Both the position numbers and the translations under genes were made by a program. A DNA stretch of 64,000 nt from the human T2T-CHM13v2.0 reference genome, Homo sapiens. Numbering within the stretch: the stretch's first letter is position 1; every line of letters begins with the position of its first letter. The stretch lies in assembly GCF_009914755.1 (NCBI RefSeq), contig NC_060928.1; one strand, given 5' to 3'. Shown piece by piece: positions 45,050-60,050 of this stretch. Under the pieces are notes generated by a model. That model saw nothing but the letters and a program-made list of their open reading frames with translations, was not told the DNA's origin and searched no databases.

Positions 45050-45740
45050 TTTATTCATTATTTTATTTGACAACTATTTACAAAAATTTATTACATGCCT
45101 AACCACCCTATTGGGTTCCATGTACAAGGTAGTGAAAGCAACAGATATAATCTCTCCTCTCCTCATATGGGGTTGGAAAAAAAGTCAAAGTCCTAAAATT
45201 TATAGAAATTATAAATGCACAGATAACTGCAAAATGTAAAGTGCAGATGGAGGAAACTTATTGGAGGCTATTATAGAGGATTGTGGGAAGTGCACATTCA
45301 AAGGTATTACACAAAGGTTAGTTAACTGAGGAGATGATATATAAGGTGAAACCTCCAGAATGATTTATCACTATAGAAGTGCACTCCAGACAAATGACCA
45401 GCCTGTCTGATAGCCTTAGTGCTGAAAAGTTATTTGTATAGTCATTGAACTATATAAAGGCCACGTTGACATTGGCTGTTGGGGAACAAGTGTTAGAACA
45501 TCACAAGATTTGGCTGGGGTGCTACAGTCCCAGACCAAAGAAAACCCTGTATGCTGGACTAGAAAGCATAGATTTTATTCTGAACAGAAAATCTCTGCAA
45601 TATAAAGCAGATGTTTGGGTTGGGGTTGGAAGTGTTTCCTGGTGTTGCTGTTACATAATGTGATTTATGCTGTAAAACTATCACTTAGGTATGTATGAAG
45701 AATGCACTGGAGTTTAGAAGTCTAGTGATCATACCTTGGG
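45050..45740 (-). mobile_element. L2 fragment (further L2-like sequence ~47000-47400)
   Basis: ttattcatt...caactattta start; purine-rich degenerate L2 3' region (gattttattctga). Confidence 0.6.
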
Positions 45741-45765
45741 TATTCCACCTATAAAAATACAATAT

Positions 45766-46092
45766 TGAGAGGTGTGGTGGTTCTCACCTGTAATCCTAAC
45801 ACCAGAAAGTCAAGATGGAAGGATCAGTTGAGCCCAGGAGCTTGAGAATTTCAACACTTTTCCCAGCCCCAGCAACATAGATAGACTCTGTATAGAAAAA
45901 AATAAAAAATAAAAAATTAGCCTGGTGTGGTGGCACATACCCATTGTTCCAGCTGCTGGGAAGGGTAAGGTAGGAGGATCATTTGAGCCCAGGAGGTAGA
46001 GAAGGCAGTAAGCCATAATTGCTCACTGCACTCCAGCCTCAGTGACAGAGTAAGATGCTGTCTCAAAAAAATAAAAATAAAAATAAGAAAAA
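45766..46092 (+). mobile_element. AluJ
   Basis: ttgagcccaggag in both arms; divergent dimer with A-rich tail. Confidence 0.9.
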
Positions 46093-46279
46093 ACATTGGA
46101 ACCTCATACAAATAAGTGAGAGTTTTCTGTATATAAATAGAATTATATATAATTCTTTGAAGTGACACTTCCAACTTAGGTGAAAATTCTGATATTCAAA
46201 TGTGTCATTTCTCTGAAAAACTATATACTGAGCTACAGATGAAAACACATGTTTTAACATACTGCATTTGAACTTTCGG

Positions 46280-46380
46280 AGCTTGAACCCAGGAGTTTAA
46301 GGCAGCAGTGAACTATGACTGTGCCACTGGGCAGCAAAATGAGACCCTGTCTCAAAATTGCATTACATTAAAAAATAAAA
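46280..46380 (+). mobile_element. Alu monomer fragment (FLAM/FAM-like)
   Basis: gcttgaacccaggagtttaaggcagcagtgaactatga...gagaccctgtctc; flanked by actgcatt repeats. Confidence 0.8.
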
Positions 46381-46459
46381 ACACTGCATTATAATCTCTC
46401 CTACTACTATTTTTATGTATGTAGTTATTTTTATTCTTGCAAATACATACTTCTGAATT

Positions 46460-46590
46460 TATTTGTTACATGGGTGGGTGTTCTGTCTCTAGAATAAAGT
46501 AGGAGCTAAATATCACACAATGAACAAAGCAACCCACCACAACAAAGAATATTTCAGCCTCAAATCATGTCAAGTTTGAGAAAGGCTGAT
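46460..46590 (+). mobile_element. MER20-like hAT fragment
   Basis: gctaaatatcacacaatg...ccacaacaaagaata...ttgagaaa..ctg. Confidence 0.6.
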
Positions 46591-48180
46591 ATACCAAGAC
46601 CATGTAAGTAACATAAAATGAGAACAATAAAACATAGGGATTTTTTCTTCCAAAATCTATATATTTTATAATCAAAGATACATTCACAATGATGAATGTC
46701 AAGGGTCAGTGGTTTTTATTTCGGACTGTCAAAGGGAATGGTATAACTCAGGTATAGACTGTAGTGTGCTTGCTCTGATTACGATGGCCCTTCACTTTTA
46801 GTCCATTATTTAGGCACACTTAGGCATTTTAGAAATAACAAAAATATAATTGTGATGTCTTAATTTTTAAATGTTGCTAGTAAAACCACATTTGTTTTTA
46901 AAGTTGATATGGATTGGCTAAACATGGGACAAACTTCAGGCTTAATTCAGCAGAATTTAGTAATATGGTGGTATTTGATGCTTTTTTTTTTTTTGAGAAC
47001 TATTTCAGTGTTATATTGGGAAAAAAACCTAATCGAAATTGTCTGGGAAGACACAGGGGAGGTGAGGATGCAGATTGACTTTGTATAGATTCGGTTTTTG
47101 AAAATTTTGCTCTGAAAAGAAATCAGTAATGAGTTTATAGCTAAAAAAAAGACATGGGTTCAAGTTTGAAATTTTTTTACATTTGCATATATTTTTTAGT
47201 TTGTGTTGGGAATTTTAGAGCATGTCTGTTTGCTAATAAGTATGATTCAGTAGAGCGTTACCAACTGAAAACATGAGAGAAAATCAATAATTTCAATAAT
47301 CAGTCTCGAAAGATAAAAATAGAATCCAGAGCAAAATGGAAGGCTTGATTCTATAAAGAGAGATTACGAATTCACACTAATAGGGAAGCAAATAAAGATA
47401 AGGTAGCTAGCACAGAAAGGATCAGACATTTGGAGGTGAGATTAAAACAAAATCTATTTCTTTTTAGGTTATAGCAGCATATACTGGCTAAATGTTATTT
47501 AAGTATATATACCTGGAATTTCACCTGCTATATATTCCGATAATAGCAGTAAATATCTAAAGAAATAAACATTTGATGTGCATTGAATTTCTCTGTATTA
47601 TATGTGTCCTACTGATACAATTGTTATAATGTCTACAACTCATTTCCATAATCTTTAAGAAATGTGTAGTAGTCTTTGGACATGTTTGTCAATAATTTTT
47701 CAAGCAGTCTGATTCACTACAAATCCAGTTATTAATTTTGCATGCATAACTATGCTTCATTATGGTTAACCCCAAAATTGTTATTTGCATGAGAGAAAAA
47801 TCTCCTAATGGATACAAATATATGAGATATATTTATACACACATACATATGCATATGTTTATGTCACTCATTTGAAAAAGAACCTATTTAAGAAAAAGAG
47901 GGAAAATTAATCCTGAAAGGAATACATAATATTGAATTAGAAACGTAGACTTAATTGTCAAATTAATATTGTAGGTAGCAGCATACAACAGCATTTTATT
48001 TTTGAATAATTATTTAAATAAAAAAGAAAACCCTGTAATATTTTACTCTTTTCCTTAGCAGTTGTTTTTGCACAGCTGCATACCATTAGTGTTTTAATCT
48101 GCTGATCAACCAAAATGATAACTTGACACAGAAATACTTGCTTCCAATTATCAACAGTAATATAATTGATATTGATTCTA

Positions 48181-48496
48181 ATATGTGACAATTTAATAGT
48201 CACAATAGTCATATATATATGATGTATATATATCATTTGAGATATATATATGATATATATACATCATATATATATATAAGTTGAGAAGCACTACTGGTTT
48301 AATGAGTAATAGCACAATATTTTAGTTGCTTTCCAGCATTTGTTCTGAAAGTGAGGTTCTTAGGCCACCAGCATAAATTTCACAGAGAAGTTGTTAAATA
48401 TGTATACTTTGGGGTTTCATTCCAGACCTACTGAATCAGAATATATATATATGTATATATATATATGACTATTGTGACTATGAAATCGTCACATAT
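48181..48496. repeat. Complex: 40-bp inverted repeat enclosing a 26-bp palindrome and a 162-bp duplicate of 49498-49659
   Basis: By direct comparison: arms 48181-48220 / 48457-48496 (38/40); arms 48211-48236 / 48250-48275 (perfect); copy 48279-48440 matches its source 158/162. Confidence 0.95.
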
Positions 48497-48875
48497 ATAT
48501 ATGTGGGTTCAGGGTCATACTTATGTCTATCAATATGTTAAAATTTTTTTTTCAAAATGCTTCCATTTGCAATAAATTTGAGTAGTGTTAATATTGTTAC
48601 CTTTCTAGACATTATTAGTTCAACTTAGTACATTAAAATACGATAAATGTTGCAGTAAATAAAATTCAACTGTTTACCACATTGTCTTAAAATATATTTG
48701 GTCACAAAAAATTTATTTACCCTCAAAGATAACCTACTAACATTCCCTGAGAAATTAGACACTACTGTTTCAGTCATCAAAGAACAAAATGATGTTTTGG
48801 GGAATTTGCCATGCCTTCATGTTTAAGGGGAAGAGAAACTGCCTCTGTAAATACATATAGTGATTAATGGCAAAG

Positions 48876-48876
<1 letters not shown>

Positions 48877-48913
<37 letters not shown>
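48877..48913. repeat. (TG)n microsatellite
   Basis: About 18 uninterrupted TG units. Confidence 0.95.
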
Positions 48914-48915
<2 letters not shown>

Positions 48916-49349
48916 TTTAATGATATCCTCTCTATCCTGTTGAGCCAACATTATAGTAAGGAATAAAATAAAAACCATCTGACAATCTTTAATATAAAAT
49001 CAATTCCACCACTCCTCCATAAATTTCTCTCCCCCCAGTCTCCCAGAATCAGAAACTTTCCTCCCTCACTATTCTGTGATTGTATTTGCTAAAGAAGAAG
49101 GGGACTTTTTAACAAATTCCAGCAGCCAGGACATGGAAGATTCAGGAAAGTCATGAATTGCATAAGAGAACATTTTAATAGTACTCTTTATTCCTGGATA
49201 GTATGCATTTAATTTCATAGAAAATTGAATACAAAATGTTGGTGACAACGACTATATAAAAGCATATTTTACTGTGGCCTGGTTGGCAATAGAGTTGCTT
49301 GTAGCCAGTCGTAACTCAGTTAAGCATTTTGTAACATCAAGATCTCACC

Positions 49350-49515
49350 CAGTGGACTGCTGAGGCTGGCTCATACCAGCTTACATCAGATGCATCTCTT
49401 CCCAGATTCATGCTCAATGACATCATATGGGTAGCCTGAAATCAGCAGTAGCCGTTGGCAGCACTAAAATTAGAAATACTTTTTTTTCTAGAAAGCCAGT
49501 TGAGAAGCACTACTG
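49350..49515 (+). mobile_element. MER63-like hAT MITE
   Basis: cagtgg...ctactg termini; gctcataccagct; tgacatca...gtagcctgaaatcag. Confidence 0.65.
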
Positions 49516-49549
49516 GTTTAATGAGTAATAGCACAATATTTTAGCTGCT

Positions 49550-49738
49550 TTCCAGCATTCGTTCTGAAAGTGAGGTTCTTAGACCACCAGCATAAATTTC
49601 ACAGAGAAGTTGTTAAATATGTATATTTTGGGGTTTCATTCCAGACCTACTGAATCAGAGTACATGGAAAGAGCCCAGCGATCTGTTTTATCAAGCCTTT
49701 GGAATGATTGTGATGCACACTAAAGACTGTAAACTCCT
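49550..49738 (+). mobile_element. MER5A-like hAT element
   Basis: ccagacctactgaatcaga...cccagcgatctgttttatcaagcc...tgatgcacactaaag. Confidence 0.8.
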
Positions 49739-50859
49739 TCTCTAAGAAGACAAAGTGTGTGTGTGAGTGTGAGCGTGTGTGTGAGTGTGAGCATGTGTGT
49801 GAATATGTACATGGGTGGTGGGGGAGGAAAAGAGAGAGTATATTGAATGAAGAATAAGAAGCCATTTTCTAGATCCAGAACAGGATTTCATCACTGCTTA
49901 AAATTTCTGAGGAATTTTTTATGTCACTTTAGAGTGCTTTAGGATAGGAATTAGTATACTAAGTCACATGTGTATATTTAGATGGCCTTTGTTCCTAACA
50001 CAGGCATGTCTCACATGAACTTGGGTCAGTTCTTGATTCTAGATCTTTTAGGGAGATTTACTACTGCAACAGGTACTATGACAAATGGTGATTGAGGTAT
50101 ATGAATTTTACTTTTCTGAATTAGGTCTATGCCTTGATGTTTAGGTTCCCTACTGGAGGAGAAATGAACTAGAACTCTGCGTTTGGAGATAGAAGACAGG
50201 ACTTCATAAAAGACTTTACGGAATAGTGGAGAAACTCCTGGATCTCCACAGTCCTTAGCTTTTACAACTGTAAAATACATTATGAATTAAGAATAAAATA
50301 ATAAACATTTTGACTGTTTTGTTTGGAAATCACCTTAAAATGAGCTGTAAATATGCTGAGATTTTTCCAGATACACTTCAAAACACAAAATATGAAAGCA
50401 AAAGTAATTCTGTCTTCTAAAAATAATTAATATAAAGAGTGTGTTTCATTGCATTGTAATGTTCAAACAAACCACATCTATAATCAATATTATATAGGTG
50501 ATTGGCCACTAAGTATTGTTTTCTCCTTTAAAGATATCCATTTCTAAATAGTAGGATTCCCTTTCTTTTTTCAGTCAGATTTCAGATCTATCTTTCCAAA
50601 AGATAAAAGCTAAGAGAGCTGATCTCCTCATTTAACACTAAATTATTTACAATTGATAAATGTTATCACATATATGTTACCAATTTGTGTTTATATCTTA
50701 TAAGTTTGAATTCTGATTTGCTGCATGTAACTTGTAAGATAGATATTAGAACTTTTTTTCCTGGATATCCTAAAATATATCTGTAAAGGAAAAAATGCTT
50801 TACTACTTCCTATAGCAACTTGACTCTTCTAGGCAGCTACAACATCCTTTTAGCCCAGG

Positions 50860-51060
50860 GTTTGATACTATGGCATCGCCCAACTTCAGATTGAATCCTG
50901 ATTCCACCTCTTACTAGCCATGTTTCTATGCCTCAATTTTGTTATCTTTAAAGTTGATGTGATCATAATACTTAACTCAGAATAATGTTATGAGAATTAA
51001 ATATAAAAATTCTCAAGATAATGTCTGAATATGTTAAAAGACTCAGTAAATATCATCTAT
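50860..51060 (+). mobile_element. MIR
   Basis: ttgaatcctgattccacctcttactagc...tatgcctcaatttt...ttatgagaattaaat core. Confidence 0.8.
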
Positions 51061-51094
51061 TCATTCTTACATTATCCATCTACTTTGAACTTTA

Positions 51095-51445
51095 CAATGT
51101 AATTCACCATACTAACCAACTTAGAGAAGACATATCACATAGAATCTTCATAGAAGTATAAAAAACTTTTGATAAAATTTAATAACAATTTATGGTTAAG
51201 AAAATCATCAAACAGAAGGTAAAGGAAATTTTTCAACCTGATTAAAGTTTTCTGTTTATTTAAAAGCTAACATCATATTTAATGATGAAAGACTGAATGT
51301 TTTCCCCTAACATCAGGAAAAAAAGAAGAATGTGTACTCTCTTCAGTTCTACTGACATTTTACTGAAAGGCCTAGTCCATATAATTAGTATAGATAATAA
51401 TAATAATGACATTCAAATTGCAATGGAAAAAGTAGAACTCTGCCC
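51095..51445 (+). mobile_element. Ancient L1M ORF2 RT fragment
   Basis: tttgataaaattt; caacctgattaaag; gctaacatcatatttaatgatgaaagactgaatg. Confidence 0.75.
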
Positions 51446-51607
51446 ACAGAGAATTTTGGTGAAGATCAATTGATCAGGGTTTCTCTAGAAATAAAATAGA
51501 TGGGCAGCCTATTGAGTACTGTTTTCCCTATGTAAAAAGTCTAGTAGCCAAAAATTTGACTTCAGTCTCTATGCTGAAGAATCATACTTTTTCTCAACTT
51601 CCCAGAA

Positions 51608-52735
51608 TGATATACTTTGGCTGTGTTTTCCCACTCAAATTTTATGTCAAATAGTAATTTCCAATGTTGGGGGAGGGACCAATGGGAGGTGATTAGATCA
51701 TTGAGTGATTTTCTCCTTGCTGCATTCATGACAATGAGTGAGTTCTATAAAGATACCTGAAAATGGTAAAGCAACTTTGGAAATAGATAATTGGCAGAGG
51801 TTGGAGCAGTTTGGAAAGCTCAGGATAAGACAGGAAGATGTGGGAAAGTTTGAAACTTCCTAGACACTTGTTGAATGGTTGTGACCAAAATGCTGATATG
51901 AACAACGAAGTCCAGACTGAGGTGATCTCAGATGGAGATGAGGAACTTATCGGGAACTGGAGCAAAGTTCATTCTTGTATGCTTTAGCAAAGAGACTGGT
52001 GGCATTTTGCCACTGTCCTAAAGATCCAGGGAACTTTGACCTTGAGATAGATGATTTAGGCTATCTGGCAGAAGAAATTTCTAAGCAGCAAAGCATTCAA
52101 CATGTGACCTGGTTATTTTGGAAAGTGTATACTCATATGCATGAACATAGAGATATCTGAAACTGGAAGGGAAGCAGAGCATAAAAGTTAGGAAAATTTG
52201 CTGCCCAGTCATGTGGTAGAAAAGAAAAACTCATTTTCTGGTGAGATATTCAAACCTGCTTCAGAAATTTTCATAAGTAAAGAGGAACCAAATATTGTTA
52301 GCCAATACAATGGGGGAAATGTCTCCGTAGAGGGGCTAGGGGTCAGAATGATATGGTTTGGCTCTGTGTCCCAACCCAAATCTCATGTCGAATTGTAATC
52401 CCCATGTGTTGGGGAGAGTGACCTGGTGGGAGGTGATTGGATCATGAGAGCAGATTGCCCCCATGCTGTTCTCATGATAATGAGTGACTTCTCATAGGAT
52501 CTAGTTGTTTTAAAGTATGTAGCACTTCCTCCTTCATGCTCTCTCTCTTCTGCTCTGCCATGGTAAGATGTTCTTGTTTCCCTTCTTCTTCTGCCATAAT
52601 TGTAAGTTTCCTGAGGCCTCCTGGCCATGCTTCCTGTTAAGCCAGTGGAACTGTGAGTCAATTGAATGAATCTCTTTTCTTCATCAATTACCCAGTTCAG
52701 GTAGTTCTTATAGTAGATGGGAACAGACTAATACA
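51608..52735 (+). mobile_element. Internally deleted MST (MaLR) provirus: partial 5' LTR, partial internal region, complete 3' LTR (52349-52735)
   Basis: LTR starts tgatata (51608) and tgatatgg (52349); MST/THE1-int motifs (gaggtgatctcagatggagatgaggaactt); TSD cagaa/cagac. Confidence 0.9.
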
Positions 52736-54654
52736 CAGACCTAAGTCATTTCACAGACAAATTGATTCAAGAGAAGGCCTACTTACCCTGAGAAAGGACT
52801 TTGTGTTATTACAATTACAGGTGTCCAAAAGTACCCACCAGTAATATTTCACCAAATATTCAACTGAGATTTGAGGCCATTTGTTAAGTGGATTTGTTGT
52901 TGGGGAGCAGAAAATAATCAGAATTTTGGAGAATTATTAGATATAAGCTCTGAATGACACAGATTCTTGTAACCTACCACTTTAAGTAGGGCCTTAAAGT
53001 GGTCAGCTGATAGATGAGATCTTAACTGAAGTTAACTGAGAATGAATTAACTACTCAGTCCATTAGCTGAGTTGGAAATTATTGTCCCTAGCTCCAGAAG
53101 GTAACATTTTAATAGACATACTTGAAAACTTGAAGAATGAGTTCTGTCAGTTAGTTCATTGAGTTGGATCTCTGAAACATGGGGTATAGATCATTATGGA
53201 AAGCCAAATGGAAATTCCTGGAACATCCCTTCCCAATAAAGATAGTAAAATTCTGAGAAAATCTTAGCAAATAATGCTTCCATCAAAGACTTGAAAGAAT
53301 AAAAAAGATAAAAAGATATAATAATAACACCCACATTTAATTCACCAATGTGACCTGAGCAGAAGTGAAATAGGTCTTGGAGAATGACCATCGACTATCA
53401 TAAACTTAAGCAAGTGGTGACTGCAATTTCAGTTGCTTTCCTGATTGTAATACCTCTACCAGAGCAAAATCAACATTATTCCTGCTATAGTATATGTAAC
53501 TATTGACTGGACAAATGTCTATTTAACCAAAAATTTGTAAGGACTATCAGAAGCAATTCACTTTGAGAAAAAAACAGTGTACTGTGACAGTGTTGCCTAA
53601 GAGTTATTTCAATTCTTATGTTCTTTGCCATAATATATTCTGCAGAGATCTTAAATGTCTTGAGGTTCCACAAACATTATATTGATCCAATAAATTGATA
53701 AAATTATGTTAATTATGAGAAAGGAGTAGCAAGCAATATAAATGTCTTAGTAAGACCTATGCAAACTACAGGATGGAAAGTAAACCCCATAAAAATTTTG
53801 GGCCTGCAACCAAAAAGAAGTTTCTGAAGATTTAGTAGTGTTGACAATGTTGAGATATCCCAGCAATATGAAGACAAGTTGTTACCCTCTATATTATGTA
53901 TCACGTATAGGAATCACAATGGTTGGAAGAACTTTTTGGATTCTGGAGGCAACATATCACCTTTGAGTGTTTCAATTTGACTTATTTAAAGATCACTGAT
54001 AAAGCTGTCAGTTTTGAGTGGGGACCTGAGCAAGGCAATGCTTTATAGCAAGTTTCTGCTGCAGCACAAAACACTCTACTGGCCCTTATGAATCAGGAAA
54101 TTTAATTATATCTAAAGTGTTCATTGCAAATAGGTTGCTATAGAACCCTCTGGAAGGAACTAATTGGAAAAATCACGGTACAGAAGCCTAGGACTTTGGA
54201 GTTAATCTATGTCATCTCCTTCAGATAAGCCATTTCCTTTTTATAAATAGAATCAGGTCTACTAATAAGCTTTAGTAGATAGTAGACACCTAATTATGAG
54301 ACACTAGGTAACCAAGCAGCCTGACCTTTGCATCATGAAATTCTCTAAGTTAACAGAACTATGTGCTGTGAACCTGGTTATACACTTGGTTCCAATAGAA
54401 AATTGGCCCTAAATCCATTTCTTCTAGATTTTCTAGTTTATTTGCTTAGAGGTGTTTCTAGTATTCTCTGATGGTAGTTTGTATTTCTGTGGGATTGGTG
54501 GTGATATTCCTTTATCATTTTTTATTGCATCTATTTGATTCTTCTTTCTTTTCTTATTAGTCTTGCTAGTGGTCTATCAATTTTGTTGATCTTTTCAAAA
54601 AACCAGCTCCTGGATTCATTGATTTTTGAAGGGTTTTTTGGATAAATTCCTTGA

Positions 54655-54792
<138 letters not shown>

Positions 54793-55075
54793 TAACAGAG
54801 ATACAAAGAGGAGCTGGTACCATTCCTTCTGAAACTATTCCAATCAATAGAAAAAGAGGTAATTTTCCCTAACTCATTTTATGACGCCAGCATCATCCTG
54901 ATACCAAAGCCTGGCAGAGACACAACAAAAAAAGAGAATTTTAGACCAATATGCCTGATGAACATCAATGCAAAAATCCTCAATAAAATACTGGCAAACC
55001 GAATCCAGCAGCACCTCAAAAAGCTTATCCACCGTGGTCAAAGGGGCTTGCTTCATCCCTGAGATGCAAGGCTGA

Positions 55076-55726
<651 letters not shown>

Positions 55727-55741
55727 TAAGTAAAAGAGGAC

Positions 55742-56745
<1,004 letters not shown>

Positions 56746-57711
56746 TAAACTACCATCAGAGTCAACAGGCAACCTCCAGAATGGGAGAAAATTTTTGCAA
56801 TCTACTCATCTGACAAAGGGCTAATATCCAGAATCTACAAAGAACTCAAAAAAATTTACAAGAAAAAAAAAAAACCAACAAAAAGTGGGTGAAGGATATG
56901 AACAGACACTTCTCAAAAGAAGACATTTTTTGCAGCCAAAAGACACATGAAAAAATGCTCATCATCACTGGCCATCAGAGAAATGCAAATCAAAACCACA
57001 ATGAAATATCATCTCACACAAGTTAGAATGGGGATCATTAAAAAGTCAGGAAACAACAGGTGCTGGAGAGAATGTGGAGAAATAGGAACAGTTTTACACT
57101 GTTGGTGGGACTGTAAACTAGTTTAACCATTGTGGAAGATAGTGTGGTGATTCCTCAAGGATCTAGAACTAGAAATACCATTTGACCCAGCCATCCCATT
57201 ACTGGGTATATACCCAAAGGAATATAAATCATGCTGCTATAAAGACACATGCACACATATGTTTATTGCAGCACTATTCACAATAGCAAGGACTTGGAAC
57301 CAACCCAAATGTCCATCAATGACAGACTGGATTAAGAAAATGTGGCACATACACATCATGGAATACTATGCAGCCATAAAAAAGGATGAATTCATGTCCT
57401 TCGTAGGGACATGGATGAAGCTGGAAACCATCATTCTCAGCAAACTATGGCAAGGACAAAAAACCAAACACCACATGTTCTCACTCATAGGTGGGAATTG
57501 AACAATGAGAACACTTGGACACAGGAAGGGGAACATCACACACTGGGGCCTGTTGTGTGGTGGGGGGAGTGGGGGATAGCATCAGTAGATATACCTGATG
57601 TAAATGACGAGTTAATGGGTGCAGCACACAAAAATGGCACATGTATACATATGTAACAAACCTGCACGTTGTGCACATGTACCCTAGAACTTAAAGTATA
57701 GTAAAATAAAC

Positions 57712-57721
57712 ATATATATAA

Positions 57722-57776
<55 letters not shown>
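57712..57776. repeat. (TA)n microsatellite in the L1 tail
   Basis: About 26 uninterrupted AT units at 57724-57776, between the L1 3' end and its TSD. Confidence 0.95.
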
Positions 57777-57779
<3 letters not shown>

Positions 57780-59511
57780 AAAATTGACCCTAAATAAGAA
57801 GATATACAGTTTCACAGAATGGTTAGTTGGAATCCTGGAAGAAAAAAGATTAGAACATATGGACAAAAAGCTATGGGGAGGAATAATGTGGATGGACATA
57901 TGAGAGTAAGCAAAGTGTGAAGAATTTTTAATTGCATATTAATTTTCAAAAGAGATCTTCATCATAGATGCACTAAAAACAAACAACAAGAAAAGAAAAG
58001 CAAGTAGACAAACTAACTCAACCTGTTAATATTAACCAGCTTCTGTCTTTTCGCCCCTGTCTTTACCTCCATTGTACCAATGCTGGTAAAATGAAGACAT
58101 AAATACATTTTTTATGAAGGGATGAAGGCTAAATAATATGCAGGGGCTCAAGCACATGGAATCCCCATCACCAACAATGATCTTTTCTCTGGCTGCTACT
58201 GAATATTAAATCTATCAGCAGAAGCAACATTAAGCCCCAATGCAACACTGTTACTTGAAGCAACCAATGAGTCACTCATTAGCAAATTAATTATTTTAGA
58301 GCCCATCTGTGAAGCATAGCTAATAATATTGATTGGAATTAATACAAATTCAAACTATGGAAATTTAATTTATTATTATGTTTATTATTTTGCTTACAAG
58401 CTAGTAGCCATCACTAACATTCAAGGGCTTAAAATGCATTTGATAGGCTTTCATAAAATACTGATTAACATAGCCTCCGTAACAAGAAGTCCACTTGTTA
58501 CCAAAAGAAATGTTGAATGGGCCAATCTATTGGTCTTTTCATTGTACCCAGGAAGTGCCTGGCTGATAAAACACTGAAATAGCCATTTCTTATGTGCAGC
58601 TTAGGAGCTAGCTTGGGTTTATGCACTGGAGTGAGGGGATGTCCATCATATCAAAGAATGTGACATAAAGTCTAAATCAAAAGCCATCATATGATGTTGT
58701 ATCCTAAGTTGGCAGAATATTATCATTTGGGAAATGAGAGATAGAAATGAAATTATTCTCACCATCACTTCCAGTAATTTAGTTGAAAAAAATTTGTTCT
58801 CCATACTCATGTATAATGGCCTTATAGGTCTAGAGTTCTTCCTTCCCAATGGAGGAATGCTTATACATAGCCATATTAAGAATTCTGTTAAACTTCAAGT
58901 TAAACGGTGACCCATTCACTCCTACCTCCATTTTTACCAAGAAACCAGGAGGCAAGGAAAAAAGTTGCAATCTTGGCAAAGGTAATTAATTCCAATTATC
59001 AAGAGGTTGCAGAGCTGTTCTAATGTAATGTGTACAGAATTTGTCATTTCAAAACCATGATTATTTCATAGAGTAAATATTGGTACTTTTTATAGAGCTT
59101 AAAGTAGACAATAGCATAAATTAAAGTTTATGAATGTGGAATCTTAAGTTCTTAATTTTGATGGTAAATTGACAATGTAGCAGTGAAGAGGTAAGAGGGG
59201 TATAATAACCAGGGGCTTAGACACCACTTCATTAATTCTGATTCACCCCACCAGATAAGCAACCTAGAGTAGAGTTGCAAGAAAAAAGTGAAAAAGTGAA
59301 TGGATCATAAGATGGATGGTAAAAGAAGGAGGTGTTGAATATCAGATAATGCCTCAAAACCAAATGCAGCCTTGGGAGCTATAGTTGTCCCACTAATTTT
59401 TCTGAGATAAGTTTCACCAGAAAGGGAATAAACTAGAATCCCTAAGTAGTCACTACTAAACAGGGATAAACTTTTTCAATAAGTAAATGAATTTTAGCAA
59501 CTCAAAAGAAT

Positions 59512-59920
59512 TGTAGTTAACATCGTGGTAAGCCACCAAGATAAGGATGAAAGCATTTATTCCTCCATTTCCTGGAAGTGTAGACTGCTTATTGTTCACA
59601 TCGGAGTCTCTCTTCAGGAACTGTCTCCAGCCAAAGAGAGTTTGGAAACATCACTCTTCCTGGGATCAGACCAATCTTAACACTGGTGGCTGTGTAGTTA
59701 TAAAGTTCATCTTCTTGCCTTAATTTGGACAACTCTACTAGCTCTAGAAACTTCCATGTTATTAGCCAAATACATGATAGTTCAATCTCTCACTCTCTCG
59801 CTCTTTCTCTGATTTGCTTTTCTTATTTTCTCATCTGTATAGTTTTTAAGAACAATTCCTAATAAACTTTTCACATACAAACTCCATTTTGGAGTCTGTT
59901 GTTTGGAAAAATCTATGTTG
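59512..59920 (+). mobile_element. LTR16-like (ERVL) LTR, probable 3' LTR of the upstream internal region
   Basis: tcttcaggaactgtctccagccaaagagag; ttggacaactct; cctaataaactttt...aaactccatttt.gagtctg. Confidence 0.7.
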
Positions 59921-60050
59921 GAATTGTGGCTCATAATACTTACCTTAAAATAGTAGATTGTAATTTGATTATAATTGCACTAAAAAAATTTATTTGAAAT
60001 TTGAATTTTAGAATGTAAGATAGCAATATCTTCTATAACAAAAAGTTATT

